Assembly: GCF_001194135.2 (NCBI RefSeq)
Contig: NC_068995.1
Coordinates: 19,679,376 to 19,743,141 of the forward strand
DNA length: 63,766 nucleotides
Direction of reading: 5' to 3'
DNA from: Octopus bimaculoides
Taxonomy: Eukaryota
Positions within the stretch are counted from its first letter, which is position 1; every line of letters begins with the position of its first letter. Position numbers and translations under genes: made by a program. Positions 23,798 through 37,238 of the stretch are shown piece by piece. The notes beneath the pieces are model-generated. The model searched no databases. It was given only the letters and a program-made list of their open reading frames with translations, and was not told the DNA's origin.

Positions 23798-25369
23798 TGC
23801 GTATGTATGTAATGTTGAGATGAAGAAATATCACATAAATACGGCGAAGATATTTTGTTTATTCAAAATATGCAGATGCTAAACTATTTATTCTAATCAT
23901 AGTTGAAAGTGTGCAAGCGTATTTTTGCGTTTCCCCAAGGGCGCTTATCATTTGAAATTTCTAGGTATACGTCCAATAAATGTCAAATTATCAAAATTAC
24001 ACCTAGCCGTGCATGCATATTTAATTTGTTAACCATATTGCTAACGAATGCACATTTAAATAAACTGAACTCTCCTTTTCAAACTGAGCTTTATTTCGTG
24101 TTTGATATAAATAGCTGTTTCATTAGTAGCTTCGTGGACAGATTATGTTGTCACTTTGTCTCCGATGAATTTCTAAACAGAGATGAAATTAATCATAGCA
24201 ATCCCAATAAATTTCTGCCTTCAGAGAGATGGAAATATTTTTATATTTCACTGTCATACACATTTTAAATTTTAGATATTCTAAGCTACTATTTTTAGTT
24301 TACTCAAATTTCCAGAAAATTGTCTTGACTAGAAAAATTGTGCAAAACCAGACATTGTGTCTTTGCAAGACTTAATCTAAGAAATGACTAAGAGAAAATC
24401 TACAATATCTGTGTTTTGAAAAAAGTGATGTTGGTTTTTCATTTTGTATCAAAGAGCAGGTCTGGAAAGAAGAATCCCACCTTATATTAGAATGAATTTT
24501 CTTGACTGTGCACAATAAGATTTACGGGTCTCCGTTTCTTTTTTTATACTTTCTTTTCAGTAATTTTGTATAGAAATGATGTTTCGTTCAAAGCAAGTTG
24601 AATTGCTGAAGCATGTTTCTGCTCAAACACTCTTTCTCCAAATTTTGCGGCATATAAAAATACGAATATGATGGGCAAGTGTAATTTTGCCCTGAAAAAC
24701 CGGAAACCTCACAAAAGCTGTGTAAAGCAGCCGAGACAGCAACAATTGCAACAGGCATATTTAACAGAGTAACTTCAAGAACACAGATGTGCTTGCTACG
24801 AGTTCTGTAAACGAGCGTGTAGCCCTCTCCGCAAGAGTTACAACAAGGGAGAACAACAACACAATGTTGTGATGAATAGGAAGGAAGATGAAAAACAAAT
24901 CATCCCTGCGGTATATGAACGGTAAATACAGGAGGTAAACATTAACAAAGATATAAGAACCCGAACAAAAGAAACGTCATAGGATTCACAGGAATGAGAC
25001 ATGTAAATAAACCTCTGCAGTCGCTCAAAGATCTGTATTTGGAGGCATTAGAACTCAGAATAAAATGTAGCAAAATGGAAGATTTATGTGGTGTGCTCCT
25101 AGGAGGTTAAAAATATCCTAACGTGTTCTGATATTCTTTCTGTCATGTAACCGGAACAAGCCCTTTACTAATATCATGTTGTTCACAAGTTGGAAACAAA
25201 CTTCCGAATATATTTCGAGTCGAAATTCGAAAGATATTTCATATAAATACACTCGGTACATTTGCATAAACATGTCACGTGTAAGCTACATGTTAGGGCT
25301 GAAAACCATGTATGTCTAACGTTTTGAAAACTTACATCCTTTGGGGTGCTTTCCCGTTTGACTGCACAT

Positions 25370-25920
25370 TTTGAAATTTTTAAATCAAGAGAAAATTTTG
25401 AAATTTGTTGCATTGATGTATTTTTTTACGCCGAATTTCAGGGCTTAATTCACTTGTGTTAGGGGGAAAAATTTAAAACAGTTACAGGGATTTAACAGTT
25501 GATAAATTTTACCTAGTCAGAAAATAGTATTTTCGAAGCTGTCATTTTGGTGCGTGACTTAAGGCCTATTAAGCTGTTATTTTTAGCACATCTCACGACC
25601 ACCTCATACCTCATGCGTTTTAAACATTTCATGAGCGAAAAATGAGTACATGGCTGGACTGGACAACAACAGATGGTTAAACAGCTTGGTAACATTTTTG
25701 GCTTGTTCCTATGGAACATGCACCTATATGTCTGTTGCTTTCGATTGGCTAAAATTATCCAAAATTTGCAAACTTCATAGACATTAACTCCTTATTTATT
25801 GATTTATAGCGAAAATGAATTTCATATCAATAATTACCATATAGAACTCCATCAATACACAAAATATGAAATCGGAACAAAACTGAAGCAATGGAAAAGT
25901 GGCAGCCAAACAGAAAAGAT
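25370..25920 (+). repeat. Unclassified interspersed repeat, copy 1 (homologous to 33340-34000)
   Basis: Shared blocks include TTGATGTA, CAGTCAGAAAA, TAAGGCCTATT, CTCACGACCACC, TATGTCTGT..TTCGATT and AATTTCAT..GAAAAGTGG..AGAAAAGATCC. Confidence 0.75.
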
Positions 25921-26283
25921 CCCCTCTTTGTTTTAATTATGTGTTTTATATCATTTGAAAGATATTTCATGAATGTTATTGGATTTTTAATCACTCTATT
26001 AAAAACTTAATACAACCCACGGATTTAACTGTACGAAATGATGACTCGACGCGCCATATTCCCTGACAATCACACACTACTATGTTAAAAAGCAAAAAGA
26101 CTGAAGGTAATGGCGAGTTTGACAACATTAATTATAAATATACAAAAAAAAGCTCATTGATCCTAATGTGAGTACATTTGGTCGGAGGTCATCTCTCATA
26201 GTGTGACGGTTGGAGCTGACTCGAGGTTTACCTACCACAACAACATTTTAATGACAATGCCTTCCTCTTACCCCTTTTATTCA

Positions 26284-26338
<55 letters not shown>

Positions 26339-26946
26339 NNNNNNNNNNNNNNNNNNNNNNNNNNNNNNNNNNNNNNNNNNNNNNNNNNNNNNNNNNNNNN
26401 NNNNNNNNNNNNNNNNNNNNNNNNNNNNNNNNNNNNNNNNNNNNNNNNNNNNNNNNNNGTGTGTGTGTGTGTGTGTGTGTGTTTGTGTGTGTGTTTGTTC
26501 GTATGCTTGACATATCCGCACATCCGGATATAGTTATGTTACTTACACAGCAGTTATGGTCAAGAGCTATGCACTAGTCATGTAAATTGAAGCCAGTCAG
26601 TCAGTAGAGTGAGTACCATAGGGGTCAACATGTGTTGCTAGGGCCCATTGGGAGATCAGAGAGTCTATAGACACAGCTGGTTTTATTTGCTGTTTCTATT
26701 GTTATTGTAAGCTTTCTTTCCATTCTAGATGGTGGAAAGTAATAAACCACACAAGCTACCCTATAGTACTTAGTTTCCTTGTTGATGTTTGTGGTAGTGT
26801 TATTGTTGCTGTTAATGATGATGATGGCGACGACGACGACGACGATGATGATGATGATGATGATGATGGCGTTGTAGCCCTAGGTCAGTCCTGGTCAAAG
26901 TGTTCTACACTTGAGTGTTATATGTCGTTATTTTACGAACATTTTG

Positions 26947-27040
26947 TCTTATCTTTTACTTGTTTCAGTCATTAAACTACAGCCATGCTAAAGCAGCGCC
27001 TTAGCGGAATTTTAGACGAGTCAACTGACTTCAGTACGTA
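26947..27040 (-). mobile_element. SINE family A 3' tail
   Basis: TCTTTTACTTGTTTCAGTCATTAAACTACAGCCATGCTAAAGCAGCGCC. Confidence 0.8.
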
Positions 27041-27045
27041 TATAT

Positions 27046-27119
<74 letters not shown>

Positions 27120-27394
27120 TTAAGTATTTACTTATTCTCTCATGCTTCTTTTAACGATCCATTAAGTTACGTGAAAGTAAACAAAGTAATACCGGTTGTC
27201 GAGCGGTGGTTGGGACAAAAAACACACACACACGCACATATATACACGCGTTGTCCAATCAATAAGTATCAGAATTGTTGCCATTATAACGAAGCCAAAG
27301 CGAGCACGGCGAAGCCGCTTTGGCACAGATTGTATTTACGATGGAAATTTTAAATAATATTTTGCGTAGTGTAAAGTGTCAAGCTGGCAGAATT

Positions 27395-27594
27395 CCTTTC
27401 TTTTCTACTCAAGTCACAAGGCCCGAAATCTTGGAGGAGGGGGCCAGTCGATTAAATCGACCCCAGTACACAACTTGTACTTAATTTATCGACCCCGAAA
27501 GGATGAAAGGCAAAGTCGACCTCGGCAGAATTTGAACTCAGAACGTAGAGACAGACGAAATACCACTAAGAATTTCTGCCAGTTCGCCGCCTTG
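27395..27594 (-). mobile_element. SINE family B (left arm of head-to-head pair)
   Basis: TTTATCGACCCCGAAAGGATGAAAGGCAAAGTCGACCTCGGCAGAATTTGAACTCAGAACG..TTCTGCCAGTTCGCCGCCTT. Confidence 0.9.
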
Positions 27595-27797
27595 CAAGCT
27601 GGCAAAATCGTTAACACGCCGGGAAAGATATTTAGCGGCATTTAGTGCGTCTTCAAGTTCTGAGTTCAAATTCCACCGAGGTTAACTTCCCATTTCGTCA
27701 ATTTAGGGTCTATAAAATAAGTACAAGTCGAGCACTGGTGTCGATGTAATCGACTTAGCCCCTCCCACAAATCTTGTGCCAAAATTTGAAACCGATA
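27595..27797 (+). mobile_element. SINE family B (right arm of head-to-head pair)
   Basis: GCTGGCAAAATCGTTAACACGCCGGG..TTCTGAGTTCAAATTCCACCGAGG..GTCGATGTAATCGACTTAGCCCCTCCC. Confidence 0.88.
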
Positions 27798-28621
27798 TTT
27801 TGCGTAGTGCATCACCTTGAAACATTATCCGAAGTCACTGCTATTTATAAGCAGTTCAAAAGCGTCATAAGTTCGTTCATTTTCCGCATTAGAAAGAGTT
27901 TCATTGGTTGATAAAACTCTTCGTGAAAACTACTTGATTTAAACTATTTTTACTCACTCCTAATTTTCACTGGTCCTCCTACTTAATCTACCATTTAACC
28001 TCAAGCGTTTGCTAAATCAACTCTCATGTAACACAGGTCTTTATGTTGAGTAGTGGTGATAAGTAACAGTGGTATAATTTAACTGAACATACCCTTAGTG
28101 AGTATATCATTAGTGAACCGAAACCAGGAAATAATTCACTTAGTAAAATATCACAAAAATCCACAGAAAACCTCAGTAGAAAATTTCAATCAATAACACG
28201 TCTATAATTTCTTTTGCTTCAATTTTTATTTACTTAAAACATCAGATAAAATGGGGATTTCGTCACCTGCGTGTAATGCCATTCCATGAATTGCTGTCAT
28301 AGTGTACAAGACTTGCATTGTCAGAAAATAATTGACATGAATTATTTGTTTCATTACTTGGGCTATTATTTTTGGTATTTAAGTGAAATGTGATATTTTC
28401 CCTGTGACATATTTCTGAGGAAAAATTGGATTCTTTTTTCCGTCTCTTAATTTCCATCCTAAGTAAATAATGCCTAGTTAACTAATGTAAGGGAAGGTGA
28501 AGATATCACGGCAACGGTAGTAGGACGCGGGATAAATTGAACTTGAGTGAAAATTTAACACTGAACGAAATTAACTCCTTCCAGTAATTCTATTTCCTTG
28601 TGTTTAATTTCTGGGCAAGTT

Positions 28622-28906
28622 AAGGCGGTGAACTGGCAGAAGCGTTAGCACCCCGGGCGAAATGCTTAGCGGCATTTCTTCTGCCGTTACGATCTGAGTT
28701 CAAATTCCGCCGATGTCAACTTTACCTTTCATCCTTTTGGGGTCCATAAATTAAGTACTAGTTACGCACTGGAGTTGACTTAATCCTTTTGTCTGTCCTT
28801 GTTTGTGCCCTCTATGTTTAGCCCCTTGTGGGCAATAAAGAAATAAGAAACGTTAGCATCCAGGGCGAAATGCTTAGCAGTATTTCGTCTGTCGTTACGT
28901 TCTGAA
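28622..28906 (+). mobile_element. SINE family B, Tx1-type tail variant, followed by a partial second unit
   Basis: Full head/body, tail TTAGCCCCTTGTGGGCAATAAAGAAATA, then a restart at AGAAACGTTAGCATCC..TACGTTCTGA. Confidence 0.92.
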
Positions 28907-29037
28907 ACCTCAGATATACCAATGAAACCGGAAAAGAAGCAGCCCCTCTCTCTTATTGTTTATAAATTCGGACATATGTATTTCGATATTACCTTCACAA
29001 TTTTACTGCCATTATTATCAGAATTATACTAGAGTTT

Positions 29038-29132
29038 GGACAAAACTCCTCTAGGACAAAATCCCCCTCGGACAAACGTCCCTCGGACAAGACCTCCATA
29101 GTTAAAGTGTGAAAGCGGACAAACCCCACTCG
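29038..29132 (+). repeat. Short tandem array of ~16-17-bp GGACAAA-N-CC units
   Basis: GGACAAAACTCCTCTA GGACAAAATCCCCCTC GGACAAACGTCCCTC GGACAAGACCTCC..CGGACAAACCCCAC. Confidence 0.75.
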
Positions 29133-29170
29133 CTAATATTTTTCGGTAATTTTTCGTTTTTTCCACTTAT

Positions 29171-29432
29171 ACTTGATTCAGACATTAGACTGTGCCCATT
29201 CTGGGGTATCGCCTTGAACAATTTTTAGTTGAACGTATCAACCCTATTAGATTCTTTTTTCATTTTTACTTGCTGCCCCTTGCTGGAGCACCACTTTAAA
29301 AATTTTTTGACGACTGTATCGGACCCAGAATATTTTTTAAGCCTGGTCAAAACCACCTGTGATATATTTGTGTTGTTTTTTTTTTGTTTTTGTTTTTTTT
29401 TGTACTTGTTAAATCATTAAACTGCAGCAGTG
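29171..29432 (-). mobile_element. Cluster of three diverged SINE family A tail fragments
   Basis: ACTTGATTCAGACATTAGACTGTG (29171), TTGCTGGAGCACCAC (29280), ACTTGTTAAATCATTAAACTGCAGC (29404). Confidence 0.6.
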
Positions 29433-30063
29433 AGAAACATTAACTCTTCATTCATCTGATAACATATATAATGTAGCTAAGAAATGGTGGTAGTTTGAAT
29501 TAAATTTAATTAAAATAAAAATATTGAGTCCTTTGAACCCAGTTGGTAATTAGTGATATACATTTTCTCTGGTAGCCCAAGGGTTAATGATGTACACACA
29601 TACATGACAGGTATACGTAATACTGAAATACACATAAAGTAAACACATGCAGACAAATATATTAATATAACAAATTTTAGAAAATAATAAATACATACAA
29701 TCGATGAAGAGACAAAAGAAACAGTAAGACGATATGTGTTGACTTTATCAAGTATTTCTGGTTATTTAGAAACCTACAATGAACAGATGATTTCACAAAC
29801 TCTAAGCCATAAATTTCACAGGGTACAGCTGTAAATTTGACTCCGCTCCGCTAAACGCAGAAAATTTCTGTTTCGCTCGTGGCTAAAAATACACAATTTT
29901 TCGATTTTTAAAACTCAGTAACTTTTCCCTCCAATTTTTTTCTCCACAACATTATACCATCATAGCAATTAGACTGGAAAACTTTATCATTATAGCCAAT
30001 TTTCAGATTTTTTACTATCTTTTAAAAAAATCATATTTTGCGAATGAAAAAATCTAAATCCCG

Positions 30064-30158
30064 CAAGTGGTACTTAATTTATCGACCCCGAAATGATGAA
30101 AAGCAAAGTCGACCTCGGCGGAATTAGAACTCAGAACGTAAAGACAGACGAAATACCG
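30064..30158 (-). mobile_element. SINE family B fragment
   Basis: GGTACTTAATTTATCGACCCCGAAATGATGAAAAGCAAAGTCGACCTCGGCGGAATTAGAACTCAGAACG. Confidence 0.88.
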
Positions 30159-32986
30159 ACAAACAGAACAGTATTAATAACAAGTGGGAGCCGGGGAAAT
30201 ATCTTATCATAACTAATGTTAATGTATGAGAATCTATAGATCTTTGCTTCATTATCATAAAAAATCTGACGCATGTGTTCGATTTTGTTCCAAAACAAGG
30301 TTACTGCACGAATATGTTTCAGTATATTGAAACCTTCGACTTCGCCGTTTCGGCAGAATTGTAGATTAGAGATTACCAATTATAGATTAAGTTTGTGGGT
30401 TTTCATTGCCAAAACAGGTACTGGATTAAATGATTATAATATTTAGTTTTGTCTGGTCACATTCTGATTTCAGATCGTATCATAGCCGACTTAGCATCTA
30501 ATCCCTCTGAGTTTCATAAAATAGGAAAATAGGATATCAGACAATATTGGATTGATATAACTGACCGCCATATCACGGAAATGTGAGAAACTCCGCTATT
30601 TGAAATCAATAAACCTTTTAATATCAATGAATTTGCAGTGAAAGATTGCCGGATTACACACTCTGTACAATTAAGTCTTTTTTACTAGCGCTCAGATTCA
30701 GCTGGATCAACATTGTTTTCATCTCTCCGCAGTGAAAGAATATTGTCAATCATAATATTTAAGATGAATTAATGTGCGTGCGTATATGTGTGGGCTTAGC
30801 GATTGAAGGAAAATTGGTGGCTATTTCTAGCAGACTGTGACTCATGCAGATGTCATGACGGTGAATATATACATTCATTTATTCATTTATTTATTATTTC
30901 GTTTTATTTTGAAAAAAGAATTTTAACAACCTCATATCCTGCGTAGCATTTCGGCATTTGGGGCATTTGGATGATGAAGGAGTGGACAGTTTGTTAGTAG
31001 GACAGACAGATAGGCTCCAGCAGAGCCACTAATTATTGGCTCATTGAATTAGAGTTATTCAGAAGAGCGGGGATGAAGCTTGGATTCTACACTTGCAATA
31101 ATAATAAGAGAAATGATAATAATGAGAAGACGAGAGACGAAAAGAGTGTTTATTGGGATTAAGAGCAGGTCAACATGCATACTAACCAAGTGTTTGTTTG
31201 TCCACCCATTCGACAGTTCCTTGGCTGGTCAGTGGAACTGACTAATATTTTATGATGGATAAACCCTCCTATCTCATTAAATGACAAATGTCAATCAATT
31301 AGTACGCTCCGCAAATGTCATATTTGCAGGTCAGATAAGATCACGTTTAGTGTCAACTGATGACGATCATTCATTTTCAGACTATTTACACGCATATGTA
31401 TGTATGTGAATGTATGTGTATGTATGTGTGTATGTATGTATGTATGTATGTATGTGTGCATGTATGTATGTATGTATGTACGTACGTATGTACGTNNNNN
31501 NNNNNNNNNNNNNNNNNNNNNNNNNNNNNNNNNNNNNNNNNNNNNNNNNNNNNNNNNNNNNNNNNNNNNNNNNNNNNNNNNNNNNNNNNNNNNNNNNNNN
31601 NNNNNNNNNNNNNNNNNNNNNNNNNNNNNNNNNNNNNNNNNNNNNNNNNNNNNNNNNNNNNNNNNNNNNNNNNNNNNNNNNNNNNNNNNNNNNNNNNNNN
31701 NNNNNNNNNNNNNNNNNNNNNNNNNNNNNNNNNNNNNNNNNNNNNNNNNNNNNNNNNNNNNNNNNNNNNNNNNNNNNNNNNNNNNNNNNNNNNNNNNNNN
31801 NNNNNNNNNNNNNNNNNNNNNNNNNNNNNNNNNNNNNNNNNNNNNNNNNNNNNNNNNNNNNNNNNNNNNNNNNNNNNNNNNNNNNNNNNNNNNNNNNNNN
31901 NNNNNNNNNNNNNNNNNNNNNNNNNNNNNNNNNNNNNNNNNNNNNNNNNNNNNNNNNNNNNNNNNNNNNNNNNNNNNNNNNNNNNNNNNNNNNNNNNNNN
32001 NNNNNNNNNNNNNNNNNNNNNNNNNNNNNNNNNNNNNNNNNNNNNNNNNNNNNNNNNNNNNNNNNNNNNNNNNNNNNNNNNNNNNNNNNNNNNNNNNNNN
32101 NNNNNNNNNNNNNNNNNNNNNNNNNNNNNNNNNNNNNNNNNNNNNNNNNNNNNNNNNNNNNNNNNNNNNNNNNNNNNNNNNNNNNNNNNNNNNNNNNNNN
32201 NNNNNNNNNNNNNNNNNNNNNNNNNNNNNNNNNNNNNNNNNNNNNNNNNNNNNNNNNNNNNNNNNNNNNNNNNNNNNNNNNNNNNNNNNNNNNNNNNNNN
32301 NNNNNNNNNNNNNNNNNNNNNNNNNNNNNNNNNNNNNNNNNNNNNNNNNNNNNNNNNNNNNNNNNNNNNNNNNNNNNNNNNNNNNNNNNNNNNNNNNNNN
32401 NNNNNNNNNNNNNNNNNNNNNNNNNNNNNNNNNNNNNNNNNNNNNNNNNNNNNNNNNNNNNNNNNNNNNNNNTATATATATATATGTATATATATATATA
32501 TACGCCTAATGTACATATATAAATACATATTATATACACACGCAGACATACACACATATATATATACATACATGCATACTTCTGTATATCACTTCCCTCG
32601 ATTCAAAATTCCAATGTATTTTCATGTAGAGATTCTGTATATGTTTGCTGGCGGGGAGGCGTGTAGGCTGTGTGTATATGTGTGTATGTACGTATGAATA
32701 GATATATTAATGAATGGATGGATGGTTTAGTTGAGTCAAGATGTCAAAAGATAACGACTTGCTATAATCACTGATACTTTAAATACCAGAGATACTGGAG
32801 TGGCAGGGGTTAGTAAAATCCTCAAACTTCTAGCTTTGACGTTCAAACAATGGCTGTTGACCTCTCTTCGATCGAACTGACTGACGTAGAATAAAAGTTC
32901 AGTAAAACATATCAAATACCTAGTGTTTCATACAGGCCTATGTTAAATAGAGCAAATATCTAGTGAAGCTGCACACACACACACAA

Positions 32987-33017
<31 letters not shown>

Positions 33018-33339
33018 CATACACACACACACACACACACACTCACACACACACATACTCACACTGAAGCGCGTGTAAGTACACACGCAACCACATACGA
33101 ATATATAAATGTATATATATGTATACATATAAATTTAATTCACCAAGAGAAATAAATTACTGGACACAATACAAATATACATTATTCTTTAAAGTATTAT
33201 AACTGAAAGGCTCCGATTTTCAATACTCAGAGTCGCTCGTTTCCGATACCCAGCTGGTCAGCTGAGCCTGGTTTTCGTTCAAAATATTCATTGCTTGAAT
33301 ATGCTTTGAAATATGTGATCTTTTCAGTATGGCTACACA

Positions 33340-34000
33340 TGTGAAAATATTAAAGTTTAGTGAAAGTTTTAAAATTTGGTGTATTGATGTAATTTTCTAT
33401 GCTGAATCTCATGCTTTATTCACGTTTTTTCCGAAAATTTTTTAAAAAGTTACAGCGTTTGAAATTTTGATCGTTTTTACCCAGTCAGAAAACAGGATTT
33501 GGAAGTGGCCATTTTGTGCCTGACAGAACGTGTTGTGAATTGTAAACGAATGAAATATTGATGGAATTCTGCTTTATGCACGCCATATAACCCCTCGTAA
33601 CTTCTTTATCTTTTGGAATTTTCAGACACTTTTCGCGAATATGTATTCTACATATGGGAATTCAAAACGTTTATGCAAAAACAACAAAAGAAAAAGAATG
33701 TGCTTTATTTAAGGCCTATTTAGTTATTAAGTTTAGCATAACTCACGACCACCATTTAATAAGCGGAAAATGACTGCTTACTGAGAGCTTGGCTTGTTAC
33801 CATGCAAACAGGAACCTCTATGTCTGTGACTTGCGATTAGCGAAAATTACCTAAAATTTGATAACTTTAAAAGCTATTAACTTTTTATTTATTGATTTAT
33901 GTGCCAAACGAATTTCATGTTAATGATTACCTCACAAAACTACACAAATACACCAAATACTTAAAGAAACTGAAAAGTGGTAATCAAGTAGAAAAGATCC
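33340..34000 (+). repeat. Unclassified interspersed repeat, copy 2, with ~190-bp extra segment (~33522-33710)
   Basis: Homologous to 25370-25920; extra sequence lies between GTGCCTGAC and AAGGCCTATT. Confidence 0.75.
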
Positions 34001-35367
34001 GAAATATGAAATGGAAATTTGAAATGCCGCGAAGTATTGTTTCTATCTGTTCACTACTTTGCTTAACTGGTTATTATATAAACAAAAATGAGCAAACACC
34101 AATTGCTCAGTGTGGCTGGTGGCATATCTTTGAACATTATAATTAAACCCAGGTATGTCACATACGATTCAAGAAAAATTCTTGATTTACTAAAATGTTC
34201 TCCTCCTGGATTAGATGTATCTTAATTACCAAATAACAATTAGAAAACAGTCCACCTCATGAAGGGAGATAATCTCAACATTTAAAAAATCTCTATCAAA
34301 GAAAAGGACAGGATTTAGTCTGGAGATAATAGAACAGTCATATACACGCCTTTCTCGCTCAATAGACTTCTACACACACTTTTATCTTAACATTATCTCC
34401 TCTTCTTATGTGAAGCAGATCATAGTTGCCATTTGGTAAATATGTACATCCTCAAGTGGTGCAGATAAATTTAATGAATCAAGATTTTATGTTACATGGT
34501 ATTCGATATACTTGTATTTAAATATAAATATATATGTTATATACACACAAACTTACACGCATATATATATACATGCGTATATGTGTGTGTGTGTTTGTGT
34601 GTGTGTGTGGGGGGGGGGTGCGTGTGCGTGCGTGTGCGTATGTGTCCATGTGACCTCTTGCACGTTATATTCTAACAAAGACAGACATTACAATGATATT
34701 CATGTCTGATTGAATTATTTCGTCTTACTGCGGTTTTATTTTATATTTCATATCTTCCCGACTGACGAAATATATAAGGAATCAATTACTCAGTGTCGAT
34801 ATATCCAGTAATCTTTAAAAGAAAGACAACTAAAATTTTGAGTGTCCTATTATCAAATCTACTCTAAAACACTGTTTATGTAAGGTTTTGACTGTTTCAC
34901 CCATTCTTTCACAAATCTGAAAGTCTTTAACTATGAGATATTCCTGCTAAGGAAGATCCGTATAACATTATAATAAATGTTTCTTCTGATGACTCAAGAC
35001 AGATCTGATCGTGCGTAATTTTAGGGAGATCTGGTTGCTACATCTAGCAATTCTAGCAGCTATATACAGCCGTCTATCTTTGGAAGTAAAGCACAACAGA
35101 GAATTAAGAAAAAAGTACCAAAAAAAATCATATCACAGAGATTGGCATTGCTATTGTAATCTTGCCACTATCTGTGTGTGTACGCACACACAAACACACA
35201 CAAACACAAACACGCATACATACAAATGCAAACATACACACACATATGTGTATTTATGTACCTATAAACATAGGTATATATATATATATATTTATGTAGT
35301 CATAATGAAAGATATATATGTATATGCATCTATAAACATAGGTATATATATATCTCCCTGTATATGA

Positions 35368-35446
<79 letters not shown>

Positions 35447-35667
35447 NNNNNNNNNNNNNNNNNNNNNNNNNNNNNNNNNNNNNNNNNNNNNNNNNNNNNN
35501 NNNNNNNNNNNNNNNNNNNNNNNNNNNNNNNNNNNNNNNNNNNNNNNNNNNNNNNNNNNNNNNNNNNNNNNNNNNNNNNNNNNNNNNNNNNNNNNNNNNN
35601 NNNNNNNNNNNNNNNNNNNNNNNNNNNNNNNNNNNNNNNNNNNNNNNNNNNNNNNNNNNNNNNNNNN

Positions 35668-35710
<43 letters not shown>

Positions 35711-36454
35711 GTATATGTATATATATGTATGTATGTATGTATGTACGTATGTATATATACGGGTGTGTGTGACTGTGTATGTGTCTATACGTATATGCAT
35801 ATGCATATTTAGCGATATGTGTTTTTGTTTCCCTGCTTTTGTATGTATAATGCATGTATGCATGCTTATATATTGTGTGTATACCCGTGAGATATCTGTG
35901 TATATGTGCGTATATCAATAATGTACAACGTATGTTTTGTTTTGCATATACAAATACATGCACATATGCGCTCTGACACGCATACACGTACACACACACA
36001 TACATGCACGCATACAAGTTTCTATAAATATGTATTTGTTATATATTATATATTCTTGACCTTACAGGAAGAAATAGGAAACATTTCTATTCGTTCCCCA
36101 TGCAGTAAATCAAAACCACTATAGCTGACTATCAAATGTTTATTCAAACTCTGTAGACCCTAATCTCTTCACAATGTGTCACACAATTCCTATTGTTATT
36201 TCACTTTTGAAATCCTATTGATGTCAATATTGTCTGTTTTTATATTCATGGAGTCGATAGAAGTACCTGTTACATGCTGTAGGTCGATAAAATTTTCCGC
36301 TTTCTCCCGGAAAATTACTTCACGATATTTACTCAAGCTGTTTATGTTTTCATTTCCCATCATGATCAGCTTTGTATTTCATCCATTTATGGGGAGGGCA
36401 TAAAATATTATAGCAGTCAAGTATTGGAAACAATTTTATTTAGTAACCCTTAAA

Positions 36455-37238
36455 AGTTATTGGTGAGACAAACGCTACCGGCACGTAAGTGCCGTCAGCC
36501 GGGCCTGCCCGAGATGCGCTCAGTACGACGAAACCGTTCTGCACGTACTCGTCCAATTCCCGACTATTGCTGACCTGTGGGTTTATGTCGAACAGCTACT
36601 GTCACGTATAGGACGGATCCGGCTATCAGCTGAATCCATCGTGAAGATTGACCCGCTGATCTCCTTTAACCGGGAGGGCGAGGCAATTTTCCTATGTCTA
36701 GTGGCTGTAGCAAAAGAGGTGGTATGGTGAACCCGTTTAAAAGGGCTAAAGTCAGACACTTTTCTTTGGCCAAGGCCTCATCAACTTTTTCAAGTTTCAC
36801 TTGAAAAGCAAGATGAGAGTAGAGAGAGAAGTGCTGTCTCATAGCAAATTCGTTGAAAGATGGGTGGCTGTTGGAAGAATGGCCAGTATAAACGGACCAA
36901 TTCTGAGAATACACCTGTAGAAAAAAAAAGGAAAAAAAAAAGGTAATGTAAAAGGAGAAAGGGCTTTATACCCCTTTCTTATTTTTTCTGACCAGGCTCC
37001 CGTGGTTTTATGGGTTTTTCCACATGTAACCTTTCCTTTTTCGAAGCGCCTCTCCATTTTGCAATTCCACTTATTTATTTATCTATTTATTTATCTATTT
37101 ATTTATATCTTTCTCCGTTTTCTTCCTCTGTTTAGACGAACTTTCCTACCTTTTCGGACAAAACCTTTTGTAACCTTCGTCCTGTCTTTGTCCTTATATG
37201 TTTTTAATTGATATTAGCCCTTGTGGCCAATAAAACGA

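Noticed and set aside
29038-29132. Possible CRISPR-like repeat
   Set aside because: Units are ~16 bp, degenerate, without unique 25-45-bp spacers; eukaryotic context and no cas genes.
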